Shown in pieces: positions 38,931-51,554 of a DNA stretch of 64,000 nucleotides. Source of the stretch: Octopus vulgaris (lineage: Eukaryota). Every line of letters starts with the position of its first letter. The stretch's first letter is position 1. The notes below the pieces were generated by a model, which had not been told where the DNA came from, ran no database searches, and saw only the letters and a list, made by a program, of their open reading frames with translations. The position numbers were made by a program, and so were the translations under genes. The stretch is from assembly GCA_951406725.2 (NCBI GenBank), contig OX597830.1, positions 42,780,001-42,844,000 on the forward strand, read 5' to 3'.

Positions 38931-41900
38931 AGAATGGGATGGTCATTGATGAGATCATAGATTTTTCTTGATGATGATCAGGGACTAAAAAAACAATGGT
39001 ATTTATTCATATGCACAATGGGAAGTTAAAGTTCAATCCCATCCCAAACATGTACATCATCATCATCATCATTTTAACATCCACTTTTGCATGGGTCAGA
39101 TGGAAGTAGTTAAGGTGGATTTTCTATGGCCAGATTCCCTACCTGTTGTCAACCCACACTTGTTTCCAAACAAGGAGATATTTCCCCCATGACCAGACAA
39201 GTTTTCATACAAGACTGGAAATGAAGAACAGCACCTGCATGACAATGGTACTGAAAACTATGTGAGGTCAAACCAAAGAGATGGTAACACACACACAATG
39301 AGCTTCTTTCACTTTGCTTCACCAAATCCACCCCAAGGCTTTGTTGGCCAGAGTTATGGCAGAAGAACCTAAAAAATTTCTCATCACATAGCCCACATCT
39401 GTGCCTACCCCACCACACATCAGCTTCTAGTTTTTTATAATAACTGGAAGACAACAATATGTATCATTTAATCTTTCTTTAACTGAGAATCCTTTAGTGG
39501 TGGGCAGAGTGTCACTAAGTGAATTTAGAATGATTAATGTTTAATTTCAATTTGTATCTAATTAGTTACCAGAAGGATTGCATAAAGGGCTTATGGTCCT
39601 TTTCATCAAATGGATTTAAAGTAAAAAGACATGGAAGAAATAAAGGATAAAAGAAAATTGAGGACATCGGGGCATCTTTATACACCATTTCAAAAATCTT
39701 AAGTGCATTAAAATTATAACTAAAAGACAGCTAAAATAACTCAATAAATAACCATTTTATGAGAAGTAAACTTAATTAGATACATAACATTTCCTTTTCA
39801 AGTTTAAGGAATTGTTTGAATAAAAACTTGAAATGAATGAACATGAAAGCTTATCTAAAATGAAATAGAAATAATATTGTAAAGGATAGAAAGATTTATC
39901 TTTACAGGATTTATTAAAGAAACTTTTTTATAGAATAGAAGTTGAAAAATCTCAATCCCAAATTTACTAATGACTTGTTCTTAGAAATAGAACTGCTTCT
40001 ACCAGACCCTCCTTCACAGAAATCTTGATTTTAAATTAACCACGTCAGGATCAGTGACACTGGAAATGCTAGCTTATTTCATAAGTTCAATATACAAACC
40101 CTTTCTGCTTCCTTCTACTGTAAATGCAGTAAACATACGGGTTGGTTTGTTGAATCCCAATTTGAGGTAAATGTCCTAATTGGACATTTGGGCTCAAATT
40201 AAGACTGTTGTTCCTACCCTACAAGTGGTACTTGGTGTCTGAGTTTCCTGCAGTAACATCAGAAACACACAAATGTTATACATGTTACTATGAAACCAAC
40301 TTAAATACACACTACACTGCTCAGACCATATACCTGTGATAATACTGTATCTCATAATCTCTTATGACCTCTCATGGTAACACTACATTTTACTTGGCCA
40401 AGACTGAGGCACAAACAGATCTATATGGTTAAGAAATTTGGCTAGCAACTATGTGGTTGTCAGTTCAATCCCATTGCACATCTCTGAGGGCAGGTATCTC
40501 CTATCATAACCTCAGGTTGGCTAATATTTTGTGAGTGGTAGTAAGGATAGATGCAGTCTGTGTGGCAGGACATTTACTTCCCAACCACAAAGTTCTAGGT
40601 TCAATGCCACAGTGTGGCACCTTGGACAAATGTCTTCTGCTATAGCCTTGGGTCAACCAAAGCTTTGTGAGTGGATTTGATAGACAGAATCGGAAAGAAG
40701 TCTATTGTATATATACATATATGTGTGTGTGTGTGTGTGTGTGTATGAAAATGTGTGTCTTTGTGTCTGTATTTGTTCCCCACTTCTGCTTGAAAACTGG
40801 TGTGTTTATCCCCCTGTAACTTAGTGGTTCAGCAAAAGAAATGATAGGATACATATCAGGTTTAAAAAATAGTACTGGGGTCCATTTATTTGGCTAAAAT
40901 TTCTTCAAGGTGGTGCTCCAGCATGGCTGCAGTCTAACGACTAAGATGAGTAAAAGATAAGAGACTAAGTATGAATATGTATATTGTCGACTGCTGTATA
41001 TGGGTAAAAGATGTAAACATCGATAAAACAAAAACTGATAAACTTGTGCTTCTGAACAAAGTTCCTGATTATTCACACCAAAAAGTACAATGAATCAATC
41101 AGAGATGGGGGAAACGTATAACCAATGCCACTTTTGTTAACAAAATACATGATATAAAATGAAACTGTTTTATAGAGCTTCGGTTTCTTTTTCAAGATCA
41201 GAAAATACTTCTACTCTGAATATCTGATAAGCTTGTACAAAGTACAGATTTACCATATACTAGAGTAATAATTACTCATTGGGGAAGATGATGGGAGAAG
41301 GTGCAGTACATCTATCTTATATACATATATATGATCAAAGGTATTCCACCTGTTGTGAACATTCCATCATTTAGACACAGTGCATCCAAAACAACATCAT
41401 CCAATGTATCTGTCCTGTTTTGAAAGTAGAGTGTGATTTACAGAGATTTGGTAACAGTTTCTAACCCGTTTCCTCATTGGATCATGTAAATGCCAGTTAT
41501 ATACAAAAATTAAAAATCTACCCCACTCTATTAACGTTGTCTCTTTGTTGTCCTTGTGGCAAAACAAGATCAACATAGGAGACATCATCAATTCAATCAA
41601 CCTCAATGGTGAGTCCATGACACTCTATAAGCAGCAAATGGCTGGTTTCCTGGTTTCTCTAGCATATTCCTCTGTGGATATGATCCTGGTCCATCACTGG
41701 ATTACTCAATTTTGCCTGCTGAGTGGACTAGAGCAATGAGAAGTGAAGTGCTTTGCTCATGAACACAATGAATCACCTGGTCCAGGAATTGAAACCACAA
41801 TCTTATGATCATGAGTCCAATACTGTAACCACTAAGCGATGCACCTCCACCTCAGTACTCGACTATTACTTTATTTTATTGAACCTTGAAAAATGAAAGG

Positions 41901-42667
41901 CAAATTAATTTTGGAAATATTTGAACTCAGATACAACCAAATATCACCATGTACGATGCACTACTGATTCTGCTAATCCACTCCTTTGATGGTTGCTGAC
42001 AAGGGAAATGTCAACCATTCATAAAAAGAAAGGAAAAAAAAAAAAGAAAATAAGAACTTGTATAATAGTTTATACCCATAGTTTATATTTTCCCCCAACC
42101 CAAGGGCAATAGTAATGTAGGCACACACATAAGTTTTTGACCCAAAAAAGACAAAATCAGGCCACATACTAACAATAGTAATGAATAACAATATAATTAT
42201 ATTATTATTTAATAGTTTTATCAGCGTATCTTTTGAGACTTGAGGGGGATTATGATTTGCTGACTGGAAAGCTGATTAAGCTTTTAGGTTAAGATATTAA
42301 ACTAAACCTAGAGACACACAGTCTGTATGGCCTTATTCTGGTATTGTATTTTTTTAATATATATTTTTAATTCTCAGGAAGTTAGTATATAATAGCAAAT
42401 GAAATACACGAATAAGGGAGTAAACATTTGAATAATAGGAAATACCAGCTAAATTTTATATGATTCAGATATTATTGTCTTTTAAAAAATTAACATAAGC
42501 CAAATTAGGTTATGTAGTCACTCATAAGCAAAAAAACCTCAAAAAACAACTAAGATAATCACCATGCTGGATCAGGGTTGACTTGGGATGAAACAATATC
42601 AACAACAATGATGTTTTTCATTAATTTTAATTCGTTACTTATTAATCAGTCACTTGTCAACTTAATC

Positions 42668-42917
42668 TAGTGGTTTTTAACTGGGTGTCTACATGCCCCA
42701 TAGGGGTTCACATAAGATTTAGTTGTTAAAATTTATGTATAATTAAATTGGTTATACTTCAACAGAGTATTTCAACAATTTTTATACAATTCCTAATAAT
42801 ATTTAATTATAAAAAAATTTAAAAGGATTTTTTCAAATATTCAATTGGTATAAAGGTCCAGAAGAGTAAAATAGAAACCAAAGGAGTGCGTAGGCAAGAA
42901 ATGGTTGTGACGCACTG
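42668..42917. mobile_element. hAT-type MITE
   Basis: TAGTGGTTTTTAAC...GTTGTGACGCACTG. TSD ACTTAATC/ATTTAATC (7/8). Same family as 55527-55824. Confidence 0.7.
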
Positions 42918-43832
42918 ATTTAATCCATCTCTTAGTTTAACATTATCACCTGATTTTTAGAGAATTTCATTCTGCTGAAAATATTTAGACCAGGTCTCTG
43001 GTTTGAGGATGAATACTTCTCACCAGCCTAGGAGCTGGTTGCTGTCCCCCCACCCCGATATATCATAAAAATTACAATCATCTTTAATGTTTTATAAGAA
43101 TATAAAGCAGAATTGTTACCATACTGGACAAAATGCTTAGCAGCATTTCATCCATCTTTATGTTCTGGGTTCAACTTTGCCTTTCATACTCTTGGGGGTC
43201 GATAAAATAAGTAGCAGTGGAGCACTGAGGAAGATTTCCCACTTCCTCTGAAATTGCTGGCCTTGTGCCAACATTTGAAACCAATATTTCATATGAACAT
43301 TATCCCACCCCATTTCATTATAATGATCAACATCATCAGATTTAAGTTCGTCCTTCATCTTTTTTTTCTTTCTTTCATTCATGTTGTCCAGAATAGGGAG
43401 GTGGACAGAGGGACAGACAGAGAAAGTGGGAGAGAGAGTAAGTTTACAGTTTTAGGAAGAAAAAGTTGGGTTAAAGTGTTTAATGCAGGTTCTGGAGAAG
43501 ATGCACTAAAAATGATGTGAAGCAGAGAGATAGGTGCATTGAGAGATTAGGTTGAGAGGGAGAAGGTAAGTTTAAAGAGCAGAGCATGTTGCAATAGAGA
43601 GACACAAGTGGCAAAGAGCAGGAACATCATGCCTGTAAATGAGTCTCTACTAATCAGTAGAACAGACTGCATCTGGGTGTGACTTACAATGTTCATGTTC
43701 AAAGCAGCTTCACTGAACTAGCTATGTAACCACCATTAAATGCAGAATACAAAGAACTCAAACAAATAAAGCAAAACATTTTGTCGAATGCTTGAACTAT
43801 TCTGCTAATTTCATGTTCTGATCATTCATTAA

Positions 43833-44050
43833 CCCTTTCATTATTATATTTATTTTGAGATGCTCTGTGTTTCTTTCAATTACTTTAAATATAACAGAAT
43901 TTACTAAAATAACTTAGTTATCATTCAGCTTGTGCTAGGAAAATAAATTGTAACTAAGGTTTGGTGGAAAATTTTAATTCAGAACTTATGAAAACAAGAC
44001 ATTTATACTTAGAGCCAGAGCCAGTTTCAGCCAGGTTGGTAATGAAAGGG
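43833..44050. mobile_element. piggyBac-type MITE
   Basis: TTAA|CCCTTTCATTA ... TAATGAAAGGG|TTAA. Confidence 0.8.
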
Positions 44051-45768
44051 TTAATAACTATTTCAAATATTTACCACAAGGGCAACTTGGGGGAAGTGGG
44101 GATGAGTTGATTACATTGACCCCAGTGTTCAACTTGTACTTATTTTATCGACCCCAAAAGGATGAAAAGCAAAGTCAACCTTGGCGGAATTTGAACTCAG
44201 AATGTAGCATCATGTGAAATATTGCTAAGTATTTCATCCAGCATGCTAACAGTTCTGCCAGCTCACCACCTTCTGATTAAGCTTAATAATACCAATAACA
44301 ACAACAGTTGTGTACTACACATATAAGGTCATGAGTTCAATTCCTGGTGGTGTGTTGTGTCCTTAAGTCAATGGACTGGAGCAACATGAAATATATTTCA
44401 CGTTGCTCCAGTCCACTCAGCTGGCAAAAATGAGTAGTGATTTAAAGGGTCAGTCTTGTCACATTCTGTGTGTCATGCTGACTCTCTTGCCTGAGAACTA
44501 TGTTAAAGGTATGCATGTCTGTGGAGTGTTTAGCTACTTGCATATTAATTTCACATGCAGGCTGCTCTGTTGATTGGACCAATAGGCATCCTCATCGTTG
44601 TAACCAATCAAATGCCAATAATGTGAGTCACAGAGTTTTGTAGGGATTTAACTGATCGAGGATGAAGTATTTAGATATTTTTTCTTATTCTGGAGAAGAA
44701 AACCTGATCTTTGAATTCAAGTTTTTGCAGTATTGCCACAAGAGATCTCATCTGAGATCTATCATATGTAGTGAGTTTGAACGCTCTAGTTAACTGGATG
44801 CTATTTATATGACCAGAGTGTTTAGTCCAGCCATTGTTGTTATTGGTATTATTAAGTCTGAAGACGGCAAGGGATTAGCAGAATAGTTCAAGCATTGGAC
44901 AAAATGCCTTGCTTTATTTGTTTCACTTTTTTGTCTTTCATTTTTCTGGGGTTGATTTAATTCTTTCAAATTTCTGGCCTTGTGCCTATGTTAAAAGCAA
45001 TTAGTTAATCCAAATGCTCCTGTGCTGATGGCATGTAAAAAGCACCATTCAAGCGTGGTATATACCAGTACCACCTGACTGGCCCTTGTGACGGTGGCAT
45101 GTAAAAAGCACCCACTACATTCTCAGAGTGGTTGGTGTTAGGAAGGGCATTCAGCTTTAGAAACTTTGCCAGATTGGATTAGAGCCTGTTACAGCCTTCT
45201 GGCTTGCCAGCCCTCAGTCAAACTGCCCAACCCATGCCAGCAAGGAAAGCGGACCTTAAATGACAATGATGATGATGAAAGTCAATGCTGACCAACCAAA
45301 TATATGATCAAAAGTGTTCCTGCCATGACCATTCCATCTTTACATTCATGATCATATTACCTTACATGTCTCCTCTTTTAACAAGCTGCTAGGGTATAAT
45401 TTAAGGGGGATTTGGTTGCTATTTTTAGCAGTTCAAGCAACTCATTTATAAGACACTATAAAATTCTTACTGTACCAAGGCTTCCAAAGTGACCACCCAT
45501 CTAGGAATTAATTAATGATCCCTGTGGCATAACTTGGATAACTGGATGGGAACCCATGCTTGCAGAGTGACATGGCAAGTCATAAAGACACAGAAGAAAG
45601 AATACGAAGCAAACATACCTGCCTTCAGGTTAAGATGCTGCTGTTGCTGTTTAGCCCCAAGTCAGAACTACATGGATCTACGCAACAATATATCGCAAAT
45701 AAGAAAAGATGCCCACTGTTGGGAAGCCTTTGCTCACAGATCTACTTGAACTGGGCTCACTTGGGTTA

Positions 45769-45799
<31 letters not shown>

Positions 45800-45801
<2 letters not shown>

Positions 45802-46445
45802 CTTTTCTACTATAGACACAAGGATTGAAATTTTTTTGCGGTGGGGGTGGGGCAGCTAGTTATTTACATTGGCTCCAGCCCTCAAATGGTACTTATTTTA
45901 TTGACCCTGAAAAAAATGAAAGGCAAAGTTGACCTCAGCAGAATCTGAACCCAGAATGCAGAGACCAATGAAAGGCCGCTAAGCATTTTGTCTGGTGTGA
46001 TGTTTCTGTCAGCTTACTGTTTTAGTAGTAGTAGTAGTAATAGTAAAAATAATTTCAAATTTTGGCACAAGGTTAGCAGTTTTGGGTAAGTGGGTAAGTC
46101 GATTACACTGACCTCAGAGTCCAGCTGGTATTTATTTTATCGACCTCGAAAGGATAAAAGCAAAGTCGACCCCGGCGGAATTTGAACTCAAAACAGGTGG
46201 AATGCCGTTAAGCATTATACCGGGCCTGTTAACGATTCTTATTTCTTTATTGCCCATAGAGTGGACAAACAAGGACAGACAAAGGGATTAAGTCGATTAC
46301 ATCGACCCCAATGCGTAACTGGTACTTAATTTATCGACCCCGAAATGTTGAAAGGCAAAGTCAACCTCGGCGGAAACGTAGCGGCAGACGAAATACCGCT
46401 AAGCATTTCGCCCGGCATGCTAACGATTCTGCCAGCTGACCGCCC
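45800..46445 (-). mobile_element. Stack of three tRNA-derived SINE copies (GAGCTGGCAGAATCGTTAGC family)
   Basis: Repeated GGTACTTATTTTATCGACCCC...GGCAAAGTCGACCTCGGCGGAATTTGAACTC modules. Other copies occur at about 7646, 7876, 18800, 25485, 26500, 37870, 43110 and 44060. Confidence 0.8.
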
Positions 46446-47641
46446 TAATGATAATGATGATGATGAAATCCTTGAGGTATTAATCCCCCCTCTCATCACT
46501 ACCGTCATTTGCAATATCTATTCCCTTCGCACAATTGACTGCAAATATCAATCAAAGCAATCAATGATAACACCACTGTCGATAAAAATCTAACTTCCAA
46601 ACACACACACAATACACAAAGCCAACTACATGTTACAGAAAGCCAATTTTCATTAATTTTACCGACAATCCCTTCGGTCATTGAAGTGTACAACGCCCTT
46701 TCACTTTCACGAAAAGTAGTTATAATTTTCCCCGAGGGAATTTCCATTAGTAATTTAGTAGCTTTCACTTTGCATGGTATTTCCCTAACCTTAACTTTGT
46801 CTAGAACTGCTAGTTGTGCTCTGTGTTTATTGCATGGATTTGCTGTTCCATAATAGATGAGCATTGACCAAAAATTCTCCTTGCTATATGTGAATAATCT
46901 TTATTTATATAAAATTCTTAACGATATCTGTCAGTTACGAGACTGAAAGGAATTCTAAGCCTTGCAAAACTGAAAGGAGAATTAAAATTGGCGAAAATGA
47001 AACGGCTCGCTTTATTCCAAGATTACCCAACACTGAAAATAGTATTAAAAATATTATCATGATTGTACTGAAGAATTCCGTAGGACTTTAGAAAACTAAT
47101 ATTATTGCTATTGACTCAAAAGAGTTTCCCAAAGAAATTAAATCAATAATAAATTTTTTTAAGAATCACCGTTGCATCCTATCAATAAATAAACGAAGGG
47201 AACTACTGTACAACGTGGGTCCCATCAATTTACTTATATTCTTTAAATACTGAAATATGAAAGCATTTGCGTTTTGATTGCATTCCTTTCGCTTAGTGCC
47301 TACCATAATAACAGCAATCTTAAATAGGAATAAAATCCAACACGAGACCAGCCTCCTCTACGGGATTAATATTAGTTGAAAGTAGAAATAATTAAGGTGA
47401 TGTATTCAATCTATTTTTCAGCATCCACTGCACCCAATTCAAATTCGCCGGCATCGATAAAATAAGAACATGTAATACATTGGAGAAGATTTCAATGACT
47501 AACTAATACTCCTGCCTCAACAAAAAGTTGACCTCGTGTCTAATAAAAAGTGATATGAGAAACAACAGAAATATGAGGCAAGTCTTTCTTCTCTGTCACC
47601 ATCAATCCTTTTAATAAAATAAACAAATAAAACATGCTCAC

Positions 47642-48413
47642 CTGGTTTTAAACTGTTAACTATTTCCACAACATCTTCCAACCTACGTCTTCCAACTGTC
47701 GGCCCTAGGTGGATGTCTGTTAATTGAACAATGCGGAATCCTTCAAGTGATTTAGGCAGTTTCGAAATAGGAATGCTGACAGATTTGACAGTGGGTAATT
47801 GTGCGGCGCGGTAAAGTCCGAGGACAGAGATAAAGATAGTGTAAGTTACCACAATTAGATGACGCCAACGACGACTGCTGATGAGAAATAGCTTTTTCTT
47901 TTTGGAGAACAATTTTAAAAGGTAATGGACGGCTTCTATAATAATCAGTGCTGTAACTAATTGGATAAGCGAACCGAAAGTAGCATAAGTAAGCATCGAC
48001 AACCAATGCGGGTTCTCAGCCATCAAAAAGATGTTGCAGGCAAATGCTAAATGACAGCTTCCTAAGTAAAAAAGCAACAAGACTCGCAGAGCCAGCGACA
48101 GGTAGGTATTTTCATTCTCAATCTTAGCGCGAATGTTTTGATCTCGACGCCTTCGTTGAAGTTGGCCAACATCTTTGGAATCAGATGCAACGCCAACATA
48201 GTTGCTATCGGGTCGCACTGACCGGCGACTTCCAAACGTTCTCCATATAATCACGGACATAGTAAGAATAACACATTCTAGAAAACAGAGAAACTGGGCG
48301 CGTAGATTGCGTGCTCTGATCTCTTTGTCCAGAGTAAATACATACAACTCACCGAGTACCACAGCAAGAATAACAATCGCTGAAGCGGACACATACACGC
48401 TTAAAGCCACCAT
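47642..48413 (-). CDS. TMPPE: TMPPE-like transmembrane metallophosphoesterase, coding exon 1 (N-terminal TM helices plus motif I DxH)
   Basis: ORF MVALSVYV...FRIVQLTDIHLGPTVGRRRLEDVVEIVNSLKP has several hydrophobic segments and the calcineurin-like DIH motif. It ends at donor CAG|GTGAGC (intron starts 47641), 772 bp, phase 1. Confidence 0.93.
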
Positions 48414-48469
48414 TTTTAAATAAATGCATAAATATATATATATATATATTTATATAGATATATGTATAT

Positions 48470-48700
48470 ATGTATGTGCGCACGTACCCGTGTCTAAGAG
48501 TGGTTCTGTGTCTAATGTGATAACCTAATACCTGTGATTTCTATGCCAATGTGCTGCTTATTTCCCTTTAAATACTTTGACCACGCGCACTTCCGTTGAA
48601 TGGTAACCGATCGGTCAATTAGTGTTCTTGGACTCCTTATATTTAAATTCTTCACTCTTTGTATTTTATCTGGCCTAAACTGTTTCAGGTACAAATGACG
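48470..48700. promoter_or_regulatory. CpG-retaining, probably bidirectional promoter
   Basis: Lies just upstream of the TMPPE ATG. CpGs are retained here versus the TpG/CpA-decayed flanks. ETS/GABP-type core CACTTCCG at 48588-48595 and a TGCGCA palindrome near 48477. Confidence 0.55.
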
Positions 48701-49332
48701 ATGACGACAATGACACTGTCAGCAAATTGTGACGGAGATCGAAGTGGAGACATAAATACCGTGCGTACGATCGGAAAAACGGAATATTGGATGCGTCTTC
48801 TCAACGCGTGAATCAATTAGACGTATGGAGTATGTTATGTTTACTTGAACGTCTATGTATATATAGGTTAAATCTTATCACATGTAACAATGTCTAATTA
48901 GGTGTATTGAAAATGTAACATACATTATCAGTATTAGTTAGTTAAAAATAATATGTAATTATTTATACATCAAACCTGTTCTTTTACATTCATGTAAGTG
49001 TGTGCATGTACAATTGTTTGGGGCATACATGTGTTTGACACACATTCATCTCCTTATAAACAAATCTTTACAGGTTGTGGTAAAGTAGTTGTTGTTGAAG
49101 TGTAAGAAATAATACGTATATAAGTAGTAACCATTACGCTCCCTCTCTTTTTTCTTTCTTTCTCTCTCGCTCTCTAACAATCTAGCAGCATGTTCATTGT
49201 ATCCATCTGTTAGCAGTAGACAGTGATTCATATCATCCGTGTTTTCTTCTTTTAATTCCTTTCAGAGATGTAATTAAAATTAAGAATCCAAGATGTATTT
49301 TGTTGATTCTTCTGTTGTGTCATTTGAAAAGG
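48689..49332 (+). other. Candidate 5' exons of a divergent + strand transcript
   Basis: Donor ATG|GTAACC at 48603 and acceptor ctaaactgtttcag ending 48688. Short ORF MTMTTMTLSANC...LLNA* at 48695-48811. Second strong acceptor ttttaattcctttcag ending 49265. No recognisable protein. Confidence 0.3.
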
Positions 49333-50210
49333 GCAAGCACGTAGCAATCATAATAACCTTCCCTATAAATTTATGATGAGCAGATGTAAGAATCCTCATT
49401 TAGTGTGTGTAGTTATGCAATGCAAATACATTGGTGCTTGTATGTGTGTGTGTGTGTTACAGATGTGTATATACTGTTTAGGCTTTAACCAGACGTTTTG
49501 TTTGACAGTTTTGTTGTTATCTCTCAATACATTACCTCAATGAAATGAATAGATTAATGCTACATACAGATTAAAATAAAAATAACAGAAGATTATTTAG
49601 TTAGATATTTTATGCTAGCGCTAAATGTTTCTTTAATGCATACTTATCAAGCTAATTATCTCGTGGTATTTACTTATGACGACATGATTCAAGTTCGATT
49701 CAACTGTGCAAGCATCTTCGACCACGGCCTGGTTGAGCAAAGCCCAGTAAGAAACACTTGGCACTAGCATAAAAAATATTTAACTTACTTGTTGGTATAT
49801 TTTAATCCTTGTGTAGCTTTAATCCTTTCATTTCGTTAATCTGTATTATTTTGAGGAGCAGTAAAAACATGATAGGAGCTTTAAACCTTGATACTGTCTG
49901 ACGCTTTGGGTTTCTTGTTTGGGATTAAAGTTACTGTTGTTACATAGCTTCAAGTTTCGTCTTATAATTTTATTTACATCTACTATACTTTGCAGAAATA
50001 TAAACTAACTCCTAAAAATATTTTTAATCGGCACAGTCGTGTCTGTGTGATAAGAAGTTTGCTTGCCAGCCACATGGCTCCAGGTTCAGTCCCACTGTGT
50101 GGCACCTTGGGCAGGTGTCTTCAATTCCTTGGGCCGACTAAAGCTTTGTGAGTGGAGTGAGATGGAAACTGAAAGAAACCCACCATGTATATATATATAT
50201 ATATATATAT

Positions 50211-50426
50211 AAGAAATAACAGATTTAGTTGAATTAGGTACTTAAGTTGAAGCACCAAGTCAGTCCCGTATTATCCACACAGCTTGAAGTAAGGTGAATA
50301 AAATCAAAATTAGCAACAGGATATCAAGTGGTGATGCAGTACGACCGTTTCAAGCGGCTCCAATTAAATGGAGAGACTTGAAACGGTTGTACTGCATCAC
50401 TACTTGATATCCTGTTGCTTATTTTG

Positions 50427-50429
<3 letters not shown>
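50211..50429. repeat. Hairpin-forming insert in (TA)n, resembling an inverted Penelope-type terminal repeat fragment
   Basis: 53-bp arms 50302-50354 and 50377-50429 are near-perfect reverse complements, with (TA)n on both sides. Confidence 0.7.
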
Positions 50430-50467
<38 letters not shown>

Positions 50468-51554
50468 TGTTCAAGGTGGTGCCCCTGCATGACCACATTC
50501 TAATGGCTAAAGCGAATAGAAGTAATAGCTATAGTCCTCGAATTACTATGGTTGAAGCCTAACCAACTGAATATATTTACAGACCGTTTGAGTGACATCA
50601 ACATTATAACATAAATGTGTATAAGTTAAACCTGTATTGCTTTTGGATCATTCAACTCAAATCATTGGAATAATGAAACATTAGGAAGCTGTTACCTATA
50701 AGTGGTAGAAATACATAGTTAATTACAATAGAATTAAAAAGATTGTCAATTGTTGTACTGGGTTTTATCTACTAGAGTCTGTTTCATAACAGATTTGACT
50801 TAGTCATCTCAAAATATACATTTCAACTTTAAAACTTCTAACATCTAACATGTGATGTTTTCATTTTTGAATTTTCTATTTTTTATCTATCTTTTATCAT
50901 TTTTCAGTCAAGCACTACCTTGAAGGATATTTAGTCAAATGAATTGACTCCTCCTTATCATCATTTAATGTCTGCTTTTCATGCTGGCATGGGTTAGGTT
51001 TGACTGGATCTGGTAAGTCGGAGAGCTGCACCAGGTTTCAGTCTGGTTTGGCATGGTTTCTACAGCTGGATACTCTTCCTTATGCCAACCACTCTATGAG
51101 TGTAATGGGTGTTTTTTACATGCCACCAGCACGGGTGCCATTTACATGGCACCAGTAATGGTCATGGCTATGGTTTCATCGGTGCCATTAACGTCACACT
51201 GGCAATGGCCATGACAATGGTTTCACTTGGCTTCATGAATCTTCTCAAGTACAGCGTATCGGCAAAGTGTTGGTCACTTGACATTGCTTCTTGGTACTTG
51301 TTTTATTGTTATTTCTGGTACTTATTCTATTGGACTCTTTTGGCTGAATAGTGGGATGTAAACACCAACACTGATTGTCAAGTTGTCGTTGGGGACAAAC
51401 ACACACACATATATGATGGGCTTCTTTCAGTTTCCATCTACCAAATCCACTCACAAGGCCTTGGTCAGCCCACGGTTATAGTAGAAGACACTTTCCCAAG
51501 GTGCCATGCATTGGAACTGAACCTGGAACCATGTGGTTGGGAAGCAAGCTTCTT

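Noticed and set aside
47517-47641. C-terminal extension of the 298-aa ORF (EHVLFVYF...)
   Set aside because: It is read-through into intron 1 past a canonical donor; homology continues in exon 2.
48482-48535. Minus-strand donor-like sites upstream of the TMPPE ATG
   Set aside because: There is no convincing acceptor before the ATG, so a 5'UTR intron cannot be supported without RNA data.
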